Positions 21,450 through 31,834 of a DNA stretch of 64,000 nucleotides are shown piece by piece. A program made the position numbers and the translations under genes. This DNA comes from an uncultured Actinomycetes bacterium (lineage in GTDB: Bacteria; Actinomycetota; Thermoleophilia; RBG-16-64-13): the NCBI GenBank assembly GCA_963706025.1, contig CAVPLM010000003.1, forward strand, positions 256,001 to 320,000, in the 5' to 3' direction. The notes below the pieces were generated by a model, which was not told where the DNA came from, ran no database searches, and saw only the letters and a program-made list of their open reading frames with translations. Within the stretch, counting starts at the first letter, position 1. Every line of letters begins with the position of its first letter.

Positions 21450-22559
21450 GTGAAGATCAAAGCGGCTGTCCTACGGGAAGTCAAGAAAGGCTACAGTATC
21501 GAGGAACTTGAGCTCGAACCGCCACGTGCGGGTGAGGCCCTTATCAAGTATGCCTACACCGGCTACTGCCACAGCGATCTGAGCAACCTCATGGGCCGGA
21601 TCGAGATGGCCTTGCCGATGGTGGCCGGCCACGAATGCGCCGGCGTCGTCGAGGCCGTTGGCCCGGGCGTGACCCGCGTGAAGGTGGGCGATCACGTTGC
21701 CAGCGCGTGGATGGTCCCCTGCGGGGACTGCCCCGAGTGTCGCCGCGGGCTAGGCAATGTCTGCTCGGGCAACTTCCAGCACTTCGTCGGGGGCACCATG
21801 CTCGACGGTACCACCCGCATCAGGGACGCCAAGGGCAAGCCGGTTCTGCACGGCAACTTCGTATCCGGCTTCTCCGACTATACGGTGGCCCCCGAGGGCG
21901 CACTCGTGCCCATCCGCAAGGACATGCCTCTCGACTGGGCCTCCCTGATGAGTTGCTGCGTTCCCACAGGTTGGGGGACGGTAACCAAGCTGGCCAATGT
22001 CCAGCCTGGGGACAAGGTCGCCGTATGGGGCCTGGGAGGCGTGGGTCAGAACACGCTCCGCGCGGCCAAGATGCGGCAGGCCAACCCCCTCATCGCAGTG
22101 GATCTCGAGGAGTCCCGACGCGACCTCGCCCTCGAGTTGGGCGCCACGCACTTCATCTGCAATTCGCAGGAGGACCCTGTCCCGATCATCCAGGGGCTGA
22201 CAGGCGGGGGCGCGAACTTTATCTTCGAGTGCAGCGGAGACCCGGGCGCCCTGGTGCAGGCCTGGTGGGCACTGGGAGCGGCCGGTCGCCTTATGGTCAT
22301 CGGGATCATGGCCCAAGACCAGGTGGCGCCCATGCCCCTGACCTTCATGGCCCTGCAGCAGAAGGCGATGATCGGCGGGCTCTACGGTTCCATCTCGACA
22401 AAAGACGACATCCCGAAATTGGTCGATCTCGCGATGACCGGGGAGCTGAAACTGGACAAGATAGTAGAGGGCAAGTTCAAGCTCGAACAGATAAATGAGA
22501 TCGCCGAGAAGATGGAGAAGCGGCAGCTCGGCGGGCGCTGGGTCTGCGAATGGGACTGA
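21450..22559 (+). CDS. Zn-dependent alcohol dehydrogenase (MDR), mycofactocin-associated nicotinoprotein-like
   Basis: CHSD, GHE, CGDCPEC...C, CCVPTGWG and GLGGVG; lies directly upstream of mftA. Confidence 0.88.
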   Translation: MKIKAAVLREVKKGYSIEELELEPPRAGEALIKYAYTGYCHSDLSNLMGRIEMALPMVAGHECAGVVEAVGPGVTRVKVGDHVASAWMVPCGDCPECRRGLGNVCSGNFQHFVGGTMLDGTTRIRDAKGKPVLHGNFVSGFSDYTVAPEGALVPIRKDMPLDWASLMSCCVPTGWGTVTKLANVQPGDKVAVWGLGGVGQNTLRAAKMRQANPLIAVDLEESRRDLALELGATHFICNSQEDPVPIIQGLTGGGANFIFECSGDPGALVQAWWALGAAGRLMVIGIMAQDQVAPMPLTFMALQQKAMIGGLYGSISTKDDIPKLVDLAMTGELKLDKIVEGKFKLEQINEIAEKMEKRQLGGRWVCEWD

Positions 22560-22593
22560 GAGGCTGACGCGCTCTTCCTGACGGAGGGAATAC

Positions 22594-22719
22594 ATGGATA
22601 CGACGTTCGACGACGCCCTGGCCAATGTCCCCAGCCCCGCTTGTGCCGAGGAGCCGGCGATCCTCGAGGAAATCGAGGTCGAGGATCTGGCCGTAGACGG
22701 CATCTGCGGTGTCTACTGA
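22594..22719 (+). CDS. mftA: Mycofactocin precursor peptide, 41 aa (variant type)
   Basis: MDTTFDDALANVPSPACAEEPAILEEIEVEDLAVDGICGVY*; GGAGG RBS; C-terminus matches the IDGxCGVY signature. Not in the ORF track. Confidence 0.95.
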   Translation: MDTTFDDALANVPSPACAEEPAILEEIEVEDLAVDGICGVY

Positions 22720-22972
22720 GCGAACGAGCGAGTATCTCGTGCCGGACTGGGTCCGCGTGCGGCGCGAGAGCTTCGGGCTGCTCTTCTACGATACCCGTTC
22801 CACTAGGCTGACGTTCGTGCGCTCCGGTGACAGCCTGGCGCCTCCGCCCTTCACCGGCCCCCTTCGCGCCCTCCGCGTGAACCCGGTCGACGAGGGGCGG
22901 CGTCCGGCGGTGTCGCGACTCCTGCAGAGCCTTGTAGCCAAAGGCCTCATCGTTGCCGCCGAGCCTCAGTAG
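22709..22972 (+). CDS. mftB: Mycofactocin RRE chaperone
   Basis: VRVRRESFGLLFYDTRSTRLTFV...LQSLVAKGLI; sits between mftA and mftC. Confidence 0.88.
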   Translation: MSTERTSEYLVPDWVRVRRESFGLLFYDTRSTRLTFVRSGDSLAPPPFTGPLRALRVNPVDEGRRPAVSRLLQSLVAKGLIVAAEPQ

Positions 22973-24018
22973 CACCCGGCTCCGCGCGCCGGTCAACGTC
23001 ACCTGGGAGATCACCGAGGCGTGTAACCTCCGCTGCACCCATTGCTTGTCCGCCGATCTGTGGGCGGGGGGGCGGGGCGAGCTCGACCTGGGCCAGTGCC
23101 GGGCTCTCATCGACGAACTGGCGCGCATGGAGGTCTTCCAGGTGAACTTCGGAGGCGGAGAGCCCTTCCTACGGGACGATTTCCTCGACATCCTCCGCTA
23201 CGCGCATTCCCGGGGCATTACCAACTGCGTCAGCACCAACGGGACGTTGCTCGAACGACGCTCTTGTCGATGAGCTACTGCGAGTGGCGCCCGTCTACCT
23301 ACAGGTGAGCCTTGACGGCGCGTGCGCCGATACCAACGACGCCATCCGAGGCCGGGGGACCTTCGCCCGCATCCTCGCGGGTATCGAGCTTCTCTCCGAG
23401 CGCGGCTATCCCGACTTCAGCCTCAACCTGGTGGTCACCCGCCTGAACGTGGCCGAGATCGCGGACTTCGACCGGCTCGCCCGGCGCTACGGCGCCAAGA
23501 CCCGTCTCTCCCGTTTCCGCCCCTCTGGAGCGGGGTGCAGCATCTGGGAGGACTACCGGCTGACCCGGGACCAGCTCCTGGCGCTCTCGGCCTTTCTGGG
23601 GGACCACTCGGAGATCCTGACCGGCGATTCGTTCTTCGCCCTTACCCCGGAGAGTCGCCGGGCCCTGGGGCTGAACATGTGCGGCGCGGCGAAGATGACC
23701 TGCGCCGTGGCGCCCGACGGCAGCGTCTATCCCTGCGCTTTCCTCTGTCACCCCGACTTTCTCGCCGGCAACGTCACCGCCGAGCCGTTCGCGGCCATCT
23801 TCCGCTCCTCGCCGGTGCTCGAACGGTTCCGGGAGCTCGAGGTAGATACGTGCCGCACCTGCGACCGCTTCTCCGTCTGCCACGGTGGCTGTCCGGCGGT
23901 GGCGTGTTTCCTCACTGAGTCGCTGGACCATCCCGACCCGGAGTGCCTGCGTGCTGTGTTGCCCGTCACGGAAGCGGTGCCCGTCAGGGAGGCGATACCC
24001 GCCAAGGAGGTGGCCTAG
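22953..24018 (+). CDS. mftC: Mycofactocin radical SAM/SPASM maturase; frameshift near 23255
   Basis: APVNVTWEITEACNLRCTHCLS, VFQVNFGGGEP and LGLNMCGAAKMTC; SPASM CRTC..CHGGC..PDPEC. Confidence 0.92.
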
Positions 24019-24021
24019 GCC

Positions 24022-25972
24022 ATGCAGTTCCCCAACCTCTTCAGCCCTTTGCGGATCGGTCGGGTGACCGTGCCCAACCGCATCTCCTTCTCCGCCCATC
24101 TGACGAACCTCGCGGATGACGCACTGCCCACCGACCGGCTCACACACTACCTGGCGGCCCGCGCCCGGGGCGGGACCGGCCTGATCATTACCGAAGAGCA
24201 GTCCGTCCACCCCACCGACCGGGCCTACGAGCGACTTATCGAGGCCTTCCGTCCGGAGGTCATCCCCGGCTACAGGCGGCTCACTCAGGCGGTCCACGCC
24301 TACGACACCCGCATCTTCGCCCAGCTCAACCACAACGGGCAGCAGTGCAGCGGCAGCCTTTCCCGGCTTCCCGTGTGGGCGCCCTCCCCCGTTCCGGACG
24401 TGCTCTACCGGGAGACGCCCAAGGCCATGGAGATCGAGGACATCCAGGAAATGATCGATCACTTCGCGCTTTCCGCGGTCCATGTCCGCGAAGGCGGGTT
24501 CGACGGGGTGGAGCTGCAGTTCGGTCACAGCTCGCTGGTGCGCCAGTTCATGTCGCCGCTCACGAACTATCCGGGGCGACGAGTACGGCGGCGACTTCGA
24601 GAACCGGATCCGGTTCGCCCTGCAGGTGATCGCCGCGGTCCGTGAGGCGGTGGGCGCCGACTTCACCCTGGGCGTACGCCTCTGCGCCGACGAGCTGATC
24701 CCCGGGGGACTCACCCTCGACGACGCCAAGCAGATCGCGCAGCGGCTCGAAGCGACCGGCCACCTGGACTACTTCAACCTCACTCTGGCCACCTTCTACA
24801 ACCTCTATCTGGTCGGGGGCCCCATGCATCTGCCTCTGGGCTACGCGGTCCCCTTGGCGGCCGGTATCAAGGAGGTGGCGACGCTCCCGGTGTTCGCCAC
24901 CGGGCGCATCAACGACCCGGCGATGGCCGAGCGGGTGCTGGCCGAAGGACAGGCCGACATGATCGGGGTGGTGCGGGGCCAGATCGCCGACCCCGACTTC
25001 GCCCGCAAGGCCCGCGAGGGCCGGACCGAGGAGATACGCTACTGCATAGCCTGCAACCAGAATTGCTACGGACGGGTGGGGCTCAACAAGACGATCGGGT
25101 GCGTCCAGAACCCCTTCGTAGGTCACGAAGACACCGAGGGAGAGTCGCATCTCCGGCCTGCGCTACGCAAGAAGCGGGTAATGGTCGTGGGCGGGGGCCC
25201 AGCGGGCATGTGGGCGGCCAAGATCGCCACCCTGCGGGGACACCAGGTGACCCTGTACGAGAAGGCCGAGGAGCTCGGCGGCCAGGTGCTCCTGGCCGCG
25301 AAGGGAGCAGGCAGGGACGAGTTCGGGGTGATCGTGCGTAACGAGCGCAACCAGTTGGCCCATCTGGGGGTGCCCGTGGAGCTTGGCGTGGAGGTCACGC
25401 CGGAGCTCGTTCTCGAACAGCAGCCGGACGCGGTGATCGTGGCCACCGGGTCGCGTCCCAAGGCCAGCCCGGTCGCCGGCGCCGACGGCCCCCATATCTT
25501 CAACGTGTGGCAGGTCCTGAGCGGGGAGGCAGAGCTGGGCGAGAAGGTGCTCTTGATCGACTACGACGGCCACCACCAGGCGACGGCCACGGCGGAGTTC
25601 CTCGCCGAGCTCGGCAAGACCGTGCACGTGGTGACCTCGAGCCTCTTCGTGGGAGCTGAGCTGGGTCCGTCGCAGGATCTCTATCTCACCCGGCAGCGAC
25701 TGCTCCAGAAAGGGGTCACCTTCACCCCCGACTTCGCGGTCATGGAGATCAAGGGCACGGAGGTCCACGGTTTCAACGTCTACTCCAATGTCTGGGACGT
25801 GTTCTCGGGTCACGACAGCATCGTCACCGCCATGGGCAACGACGCCTACGACGGTCTCTACTTCGCCCTCAAGGGGAAGGTACCCGAGCTCTACCGTATC
25901 GGCGACTGCGTGGCGCCGCGGAAGGTGGACATGGCCATCCACGAAGGCTACATGGCCGGCAAGCGCGTGTGA
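24022..25972 (+). CDS. FadH/old-yellow-enzyme family oxidoreductase (mycofactocin-system type); frameshift near 24571
   Basis: NRISFSAHLTN, GFDGVELQFGHSSLVRQF, CIACNQNC, GGGPAG and IGDCVAPR motifs. Confidence 0.88.
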
Positions 25973-27060
25973 GTACCAGTGGCGACAACGCGACGCCCGC
26001 GGTGGCTGCCGGCCCTAGCAGCGGCGGCGCGCGCGCCCTCCTCGTGGTCGTCGAGCCGCCGAGCGGAGGGAGCGAAGCGGTCGGAATGGTCGGCGCGGCG
26101 GGGGCCGTTCTCCTCACCGAAGGCGCCCGGCTCGCTCGCGATCTGGGGGTAGACCCGCACTTTGTCACCTGGCCGGCCGGGGCGGAAGTCGACCCCGAGC
26201 TGCTGGCCGCGGCGCTGGCCGATCTCGTCGAGCACACGCGGGCGAGGGCCGTCGTACTGGCCGACACCGATGTCGGCCGCCAGCTCGCGCCCATGGTGGC
26301 CCACCGACTGGGCTCCGGGGCCGTAGTAGGCTGCAGCGACGTGCTGCTGCGCGAGGAAGCCGAGGGGGGCGGCCGGGCGGGCCGGCGGGCGGACGGTGGA
26401 CCGGGCTCCTGCGCGGAAGGTGGACGGGGACCGCGGACCCTTGCGTTCGTGAAGCCGGTCTACGGGGGCTGGTTGGAACGGGAGATCGAACCCGGGGCCG
26501 GCGTCGTACCGGTCGCGACCCTGGACCTCACCGGGATGGAGGCGCCGGACTCTCCTTCGGACGGGTTGCCGACCCCAGAGGTCCTGCAGATCGAGGTCGG
26601 CGCGCCCGGCGCGCAACCGCACGTCCAGCACCTCGAGACCATCCCCCCGGACCCTCGGTCCGTGGACCTGGTCCATGCCAGACGCATCGTGGCCGCTGGG
26701 GCGGGAAGTGCGAGCGAAGATCTCCTGGCCGCGGTGCGGGAGCTGGCCGAGCTTCTCGAGGGTTCGGTGGGAGCTACTAGGCCGGTGGTCGACGACGGGC
26801 GCCTCCCCAAGGAGCGGCTTATCGGTCAGACGGGTAGGACGGTGACCCCTGAGTTGTACCTCGCGCTTGGGATCTCGGGTTCCCCTCACCACGTGGCGGG
26901 GGTGCGGAAGGCCGATCGGATCCTCTCTATCAACCGGGATGTACGTGCCCCCATCTTCCAGTTCTCCGACGTCGGCTATGTCGCAGACCTGGAGGTGGTG
27001 CTGCCCGGCCTCGTGCAGAGGATCAAGGAGTGGCGGGATGCCCCCGGCAGTCCCGACTAG
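25969..27060 (+). CDS. fixB: Electron transfer flavoprotein alpha subunit
   Basis: VGATRPVVD, IGQTGRTVTPELYLALGISGSPHH and INRDVRAPIF motifs. Confidence 0.88.
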   Translation: MSTSGDNATPAVAAGPSSGGARALLVVVEPPSGGSEAVGMVGAAGAVLLTEGARLARDLGVDPHFVTWPAGAEVDPELLAAALADLVEHTRARAVVLADTDVGRQLAPMVAHRLGSGAVVGCSDVLLREEAEGGGRAGRRADGGPGSCAEGGRGPRTLAFVKPVYGGWLEREIEPGAGVVPVATLDLTGMEAPDSPSDGLPTPEVLQIEVGAPGAQPHVQHLETIPPDPRSVDLVHARRIVAAGAGSASEDLLAAVRELAELLEGSVGATRPVVDDGRLPKERLIGQTGRTVTPELYLALGISGSPHHVAGVRKADRILSINRDVRAPIFQFSDVGYVADLEVVLPGLVQRIKEWRDAPGSPD

Positions 27061-28483
27061 CCCCGTTGGCGCATCCACCGGTAGCGGCGCAGGCGTTCGC
27101 GGAGGCTCCGCCCCGGGTGCGCCCACTCCCGGCGCCTCCGTCCGCGGCTCCTCCGGAGGGTTCGATGCCATAGTCGTCGGCGCGGGCCCGGCCGGCACGA
27201 GCGCGGCGCTCGGCCTAGCACAGAAAGGGGCCAAGGTCCTCCTCCTGGAGCGAGGCGAGTACCCCGGGGCCAAGAACATGTTCGGCGGGATGACGGCCTA
27301 CTGCCCGGCTCCAGAGCAGCTGGTACCCGACTTCTGGGAGCGTGCTCCTTGGGAGCGAGCGGTGACCAAGCGGGTGCTCTCCGTGGTGGGCGAGGCTTCC
27401 TCCACCTCGCTGGTCTTCCATGCCAACTCCGACTCCGATCGACCCTCGGCGGGCGCCGGCTCGACCTCCGACCGGACCCTGACCGGGTTCACCCTCTTCC
27501 GCCCTCTCTTCGACCGCTGGTACGCGGAGCAGGCGGTCGCCCAGGGAGTGACCCTGCTCACCGGCTGCCGCGCGGAGGGTCTGCTGATGCGCGATGGAGC
27601 CGTCCGGGGAGTGCGTGTGACTGGGGTCGACGACATCGTGGAGGCTCCTCTGGTCATCGCCTGCGACGGGACCCTGTCCTTCCTGGCCCAAGAAGCCGGG
27701 CTGCATGGAGGCTTCAAGCCGGAACAGGTGGCGCTCGGAGTCCGAGCTCTTTACCGGCTGACCGAGGAGGAGATCAACGACCGCTTCGGCCTCACCGGCC
27801 GCGAGGGCGCTACCCACGAGTTCCTGGGCTGCACAGAAGGGATCCGTGGAGGCGGCTTCATCTACACCCAGACCGAGACCCTCTCGGTGGGCCTGGTGAT
27901 GCACCTCGACTCGCTGAAATCACGGGGGATACCGCCCTACGAGATGATGGAGCGTTTCATCGTCTCCAGCCCGGTGGCTTCGATGCTTCGGGGGGCCCGG
28001 CTGGTTGAGTACTCGGCCCACCTGCTGCCGGAGGCCGGCATGCGCATGGTACCTCGCTTGTCCACCGAGGGATTGCTGGTCGCCGGGGACGCCGCCGGGT
28101 TCTGCTACACGAACGGACTCACCCAGGAAGGGATGAACCTGGCCATGACCTCGGGCCTCGTGGCAGGCCGGGTGGCCGCGGAAGCCCTGGCCGAGGGCGA
28201 CTTCTCCGCGGCCCGTCTCGCGCGCTACGCGGAAGAACTCAAGCAGAGCTTCGTCCTGCGCGACCTGACCACGTTCGGTCGGGCCATCGATTTCCTGCAC
28301 CATGACCGGCTGTTCACGGTCTACCCGCGGGTGGTGAGCGCGCTCATGGAGGACGTCTACCGCTCCGACGGCAGCCCCAAGGAGAAGATCGGCCGCCTGG
28401 GCCGCAGGGCGGTGAAGGACGAGGTACCGTTACGTCAGCTGATCGCGGACCTGTTCGGAGGAGGGAGGGCGTTCCTGTGGTAG
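27038..28483 (+). CDS. fixC: FixC-like FAD oxidoreductase (ETF:quinone oxidoreductase)
   Basis: VGAGPAG, LERGEYPGAKNMFGG, GGGFIYT, EYSAHLLPE and GDAAG motifs. Confidence 0.9.
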   Translation: MPPAVPTSPVGASTGSGAGVRGGSAPGAPTPGASVRGSSGGFDAIVVGAGPAGTSAALGLAQKGAKVLLLERGEYPGAKNMFGGMTAYCPAPEQLVPDFWERAPWERAVTKRVLSVVGEASSTSLVFHANSDSDRPSAGAGSTSDRTLTGFTLFRPLFDRWYAEQAVAQGVTLLTGCRAEGLLMRDGAVRGVRVTGVDDIVEAPLVIACDGTLSFLAQEAGLHGGFKPEQVALGVRALYRLTEEEINDRFGLTGREGATHEFLGCTEGIRGGGFIYTQTETLSVGLVMHLDSLKSRGIPPYEMMERFIVSSPVASMLRGARLVEYSAHLLPEAGMRMVPRLSTEGLLVAGDAAGFCYTNGLTQEGMNLAMTSGLVAGRVAAEALAEGDFSAARLARYAEELKQSFVLRDLTTFGRAIDFLHHDRLFTVYPRVVSALMEDVYRSDGSPKEKIGRLGRRAVKDEVPLRQLIADLFGGGRAFLW

Positions 28484-28752
28484 TCGATGAACTGTTCGAC
28501 CTGGTGAGCTACCGGATCCACCCCGAGGCACACATCCTCCTAAACCAGGACGTCTGCCAGGACTGCACCCATCGCGCGTGCACCTTTGCCTGCCCCGCGC
28601 GCTGCTACACCTGGAGCGAGGAGCGAGCCCGGGTGGAGTTCGCCTACGAGGCATGTCTGGAATGCGGCACCTGCCTGCTCCTTTGCGACCGCGAAGCTCT
28701 TGACTGGCATTACCCCCATGGAGGGTATGGTGTGCGCTTCCGACTCACATAG
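28477..28752 (+). CDS. fixX: FixX ferredoxin-like protein
   Basis: CQDC...CTFACPARCY, CLECGTC and YPHGGYGV motifs. Confidence 0.9.
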   Translation: MVVDELFDLVSYRIHPEAHILLNQDVCQDCTHRACTFACPARCYTWSEERARVEFAYEACLECGTCLLLCDREALDWHYPHGGYGVRFRLT

Positions 28753-28888
28753 TTTCCAAGCGGCCACTCCGATTGCCGGTGGGATTCCGCCGTGGCGTCC
28801 GCGCCGTCGGCGACCGCGCGCGGCGGCGAGGCCCGCTCTCGCCGCGCGGACTCGCCGGCATGTGGGCGCCCCCATGGGGAGTCTACCG

Positions 28889-29863
28889 ATGAAGCTGCTC
28901 GTCTTCCTGGAGCTGGGCGCCGACGTGCGCATCCCGCCGGAGCGCGATTCGCGCAGCGGACGTGTCCGCGAGGATTGGCTCGTGCGGGAGATCGATCCGG
29001 CCGGCGCTCGTGCCCTCGACCTTGCGTTGGGCGTGAAGGCGGCCCGACCGGGTACCGAAGTGACCCTTTTCCACCTCGGGCCGCCGAACAACGAACCCTG
29101 GCTCCGTCAAGCCCTGGCCCGGGGCTGCGACCGGGCGGTGCGCGTCTGGGATGACGAGGTCGCCGAGGTCCGAGCCGCGGGCAAGGCGGTCGTCCTGGCC
29201 GCCGCCGCGGAGGCAGCCGGCTTCGACCTTGCTCTTGCTGGAGCCGCAGGCGTCATCAACAACAGCGGTCAGTTCGGTGTGCTTCTCGCCGCTCATCTGG
29301 GCTTGCCCTGCGTGACCCAGGTGATCGACATCGTGCTCTCGGACGGCACAGGTAGCGTGGAGATGAGCCGCGGTCTGGACAAGGGCTTTCGCGAGCGGGT
29401 GGAGGTGCCCCTGCCCGCCGTGGTGACCGTAGCGGCCGGCGGGCCCACTTCAGATGGCGCGCCGCCGCCCGATGTCTCTGCCGCCGCCTTCCTGGCTGCC
29501 CATGACTACGAGATCACGGTGTGGGACCTGGCCGACCTGGGAGTGCCCCGCGAGAGGGTCCGGCGCGCCGACCAGCCCCTCAGATACGGCCGTCCCCGTC
29601 CTCGTCAGCCCCGGCTTCATAATCTCGCGGCGCCCGACCCAGCTCTGCCGGCTTTCGACCGTATCCTGGAGCTTGTCCGAGGATCGGTGCAGACGCGTCA
29701 GGGCCGCGTCGTTCAGCAGCCCGCGGAAGCGATCGTAGAGGAGATCTTCAAGACTCTGAGGGATGAGGGCTGGCTCGATCACCTCCGTGCCGGCGAGGGC
29801 CGCGGTGCCGATGGCTCGATCCCCGCCGCCGGCCCGACCCCGGAGGCCGGTGAGCCTCTTTGA
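28889..29863 (+). CDS. fixA: Electron transfer flavoprotein beta subunit (divergent)
   Basis: LRQALARGCDRAVRV, GVLLAAHLGLPCVTQV and EVPLPAVVTV motifs. Confidence 0.8.
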   Translation: MKLLVFLELGADVRIPPERDSRSGRVREDWLVREIDPAGARALDLALGVKAARPGTEVTLFHLGPPNNEPWLRQALARGCDRAVRVWDDEVAEVRAAGKAVVLAAAAEAAGFDLALAGAAGVINNSGQFGVLLAAHLGLPCVTQVIDIVLSDGTGSVEMSRGLDKGFRERVEVPLPAVVTVAAGGPTSDGAPPPDVSAAAFLAAHDYEITVWDLADLGVPRERVRRADQPLRYGRPRPRQPRLHNLAAPDPALPAFDRILELVRGSVQTRQGRVVQQPAEAIVEEIFKTLRDEGWLDHLRAGEGRGADGSIPAAGPTPEAGEPL

Positions 29864-31404
29864 TACCCTTGGAGTACCGGCTTCGTGAGTCGGTGCGGTT
29901 CGAACAGAATACCGACGGTACCTGGTGCGTAGTATCCGAGCTGCCTCTCAGCGTGGTGACGGTCAACGCGTCCGCCGTCCGGCTCTTGGAACGTACCCGT
30001 GACGGCGCCTCGATCACCGATATCGCTGCCGAGCTCCGCATTCCTGAAGAACGGATCTTCACCCTATGCGAGTACTTTCGCGGCCGGGGGATCCTCGAAG
30101 TCGGCCGGTCGAGTCCCGATCCCGACTTCGCGCCGTCGGCAACGGTGATCGTCCCCACCCGCGACCGCGCGAACGATCTGGACGACTGTCTGGGCGCTCT
30201 TGCTCACCTGGACTACCCGCGCGACCGGCTCGAAGTGATCGTCGTCGACGATGGCTCCGCCGACCCGGACGCGGTCGCGGAAGTCGTCGCTCGCCACGGT
30301 TGCCGCCTGCTGGTCAACGAGCGCAACCGAGGCCCCTCCTACTCGCGCAACCGAGCCGCCCGCGAAGCGGCGGGCGAGATACTCGCGCTGGTCGACAGCG
30401 ACTGCGTGACCGGCCCGGGCTGGCTCCGGGAACTCACGCCCTACTTCTCCTGGGAACGCGTGGGAGCGGTAGGAGGCCGTACGCTCGGCTACTACACCGA
30501 GTCGCGGCTCGACCGATACGAGGAGGTCGCTTCTCCTCTCGACATGGGCAGGCATCTGGTCCTGAAGACGCGAGGAAGCGACACGTTCTACGTTCCCACG
30601 TGCAATCTCCTGGTGCGCCGGTCCGTGTACCTCGATCTGGGGGGCTTACGCGAAGACCTGCTTGTGGGTGAGGACGTGGACTTCTGCTGGCGTCTCCGGG
30701 CATCCGGGGCCTATCTCGTATACGCCCCCGAAGGGACGGTGCGCCATAAGCACCGCAACCACCTGGGTTCGATGCTCCAGCGGCGGGCGGACTACGGGAC
30801 CTCCGAAGCCACGCTCCACGCGCTCCATCGCGACAAGCGCAAGCGCTTCCCGCTGGCCCCGGCTCCCTTGGCGACCGTAACCATGTTCTCAGCGGCTCTG
30901 GTCGGGATGCAGCCAGGGTTGCTGCCTATCTGCTTGGCGCCGCCGCTGTGGGACGGGGCGCGTCGTTCACTTCATCTGCGGCGCAGCGGGATCGATCTGC
31001 CCGCCGGGCGCGTGTGGTCTTCCGTGTTCCGTGGACACCTCTCCATGCTCTACTTCGTCTACTTCCATCTTGTGCGGTACTACCTGGTGCCTTTGGCCAC
31101 GGCGGGTCTCTTTGCCCCGGGTGTTCGGCTGCTCACTGCCTTCGCCGTCCTGTACTCCTCGGCCGTCGACTACTCCACCAAAGGGCCTCGGATCGGTTAC
31201 CCCACGTACCTCGGCTACTACCTGGCGGAGCACACGGCATATCAGATGGGTGTCATCGCGGGCTGCGTCCGCGCGCGGACCTTCCGGTCGTATCTACCGG
31301 CGGTCCAGCGGGACCGGTCGTCCGGAGACTGGCAGGCCGCGCGGGAAGAGCCCCAGGGCCACGCTGCCAGGATGCGCGGTGCCAGAACCCGTGTTTCTGG
31401 GTAA
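29860..31404 (+). CDS. mftF: Mycofactocin glycosyltransferase
   Basis: GT2 motifs (VVDDGS, GPSYSRN, DSDC) plus RYEEVASPLDMG, YVPTCNLLVRR, GEDVDFCWRL and YGTSEATL. Confidence 0.9.
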   Translation: MIPLEYRLRESVRFEQNTDGTWCVVSELPLSVVTVNASAVRLLERTRDGASITDIAAELRIPEERIFTLCEYFRGRGILEVGRSSPDPDFAPSATVIVPTRDRANDLDDCLGALAHLDYPRDRLEVIVVDDGSADPDAVAEVVARHGCRLLVNERNRGPSYSRNRAAREAAGEILALVDSDCVTGPGWLRELTPYFSWERVGAVGGRTLGYYTESRLDRYEEVASPLDMGRHLVLKTRGSDTFYVPTCNLLVRRSVYLDLGGLREDLLVGEDVDFCWRLRASGAYLVYAPEGTVRHKHRNHLGSMLQRRADYGTSEATLHALHRDKRKRFPLAPAPLATVTMFSAALVGMQPGLLPICLAPPLWDGARRSLHLRRSGIDLPAGRVWSSVFRGHLSMLYFVYFHLVRYYLVPLATAGLFAPGVRLLTAFAVLYSSAVDYSTKGPRIGYPTYLGYYLAEHTAYQMGVIAGCVRARTFRSYLPAVQRDRSSGDWQAAREEPQGHAARMRGARTRVSG

Positions 31405-31480
31405 GAGATGACCATAGGGCCGAAATGGGCTTGATGTCGGAGGACCTGGAGAAACGGTTGACCTGGCTGGGAGGAAGAAG

Positions 31481-31834
31481 ATGGGTCGCTTGGTGGATGT
31501 CGGAGCAGCGGGGGACTTCGCAGACGGGACGATGCGGGCGGTGACCGTCGAGGGGCGCGAGCTGCTGGTCGCCCGGGTGGGCGACGCGTACTACGCAGCC
31601 GACGAACGGTGCCCTCACATGGGGGGAAGGCTGTCCCAGGGCAAGTTGGAGGGCACGATCGTCACCTGTCCTCGGCACGGATCTCGCTTCGACCTGGCCG
31701 ACGGGCGCATGGTCCGGTGGACCGACTGGTCGGGTCTCACCCTCACTCTGGCGAAGACATTCAAGTCGCCGCGGCCCATCAGAACCTATGCCACACAGGT
31801 ACAGGCTGACCGTTTGACGGTGGAGCTCGAGTAA
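31481..31834 (+). CDS. Rieske [2Fe-2S] ferredoxin
   Basis: CPHMGG...CPRHGSRFDL motifs. Confidence 0.9.
   Translation: MGRLVDVGAAGDFADGTMRAVTVEGRELLVARVGDAYYAADERCPHMGGRLSQGKLEGTIVTCPRHGSRFDLADGRMVRWTDWSGLTLTLAKTFKSPRPIRTYATQVQADRLTVELE

Noticed and set aside
22717-22760. UGA stop of mftA as Sec readthrough
   Set aside because: MftA must end in VY, and the downstream sequence is mftB coding region with no evident SECIS.
23262-23290. TGA ending the first mftC ORF as possible selenocysteine
   Set aside because: Homology continues in a different frame (DDALVDELLRVAPVY), so it is a frameshift rather than readthrough.
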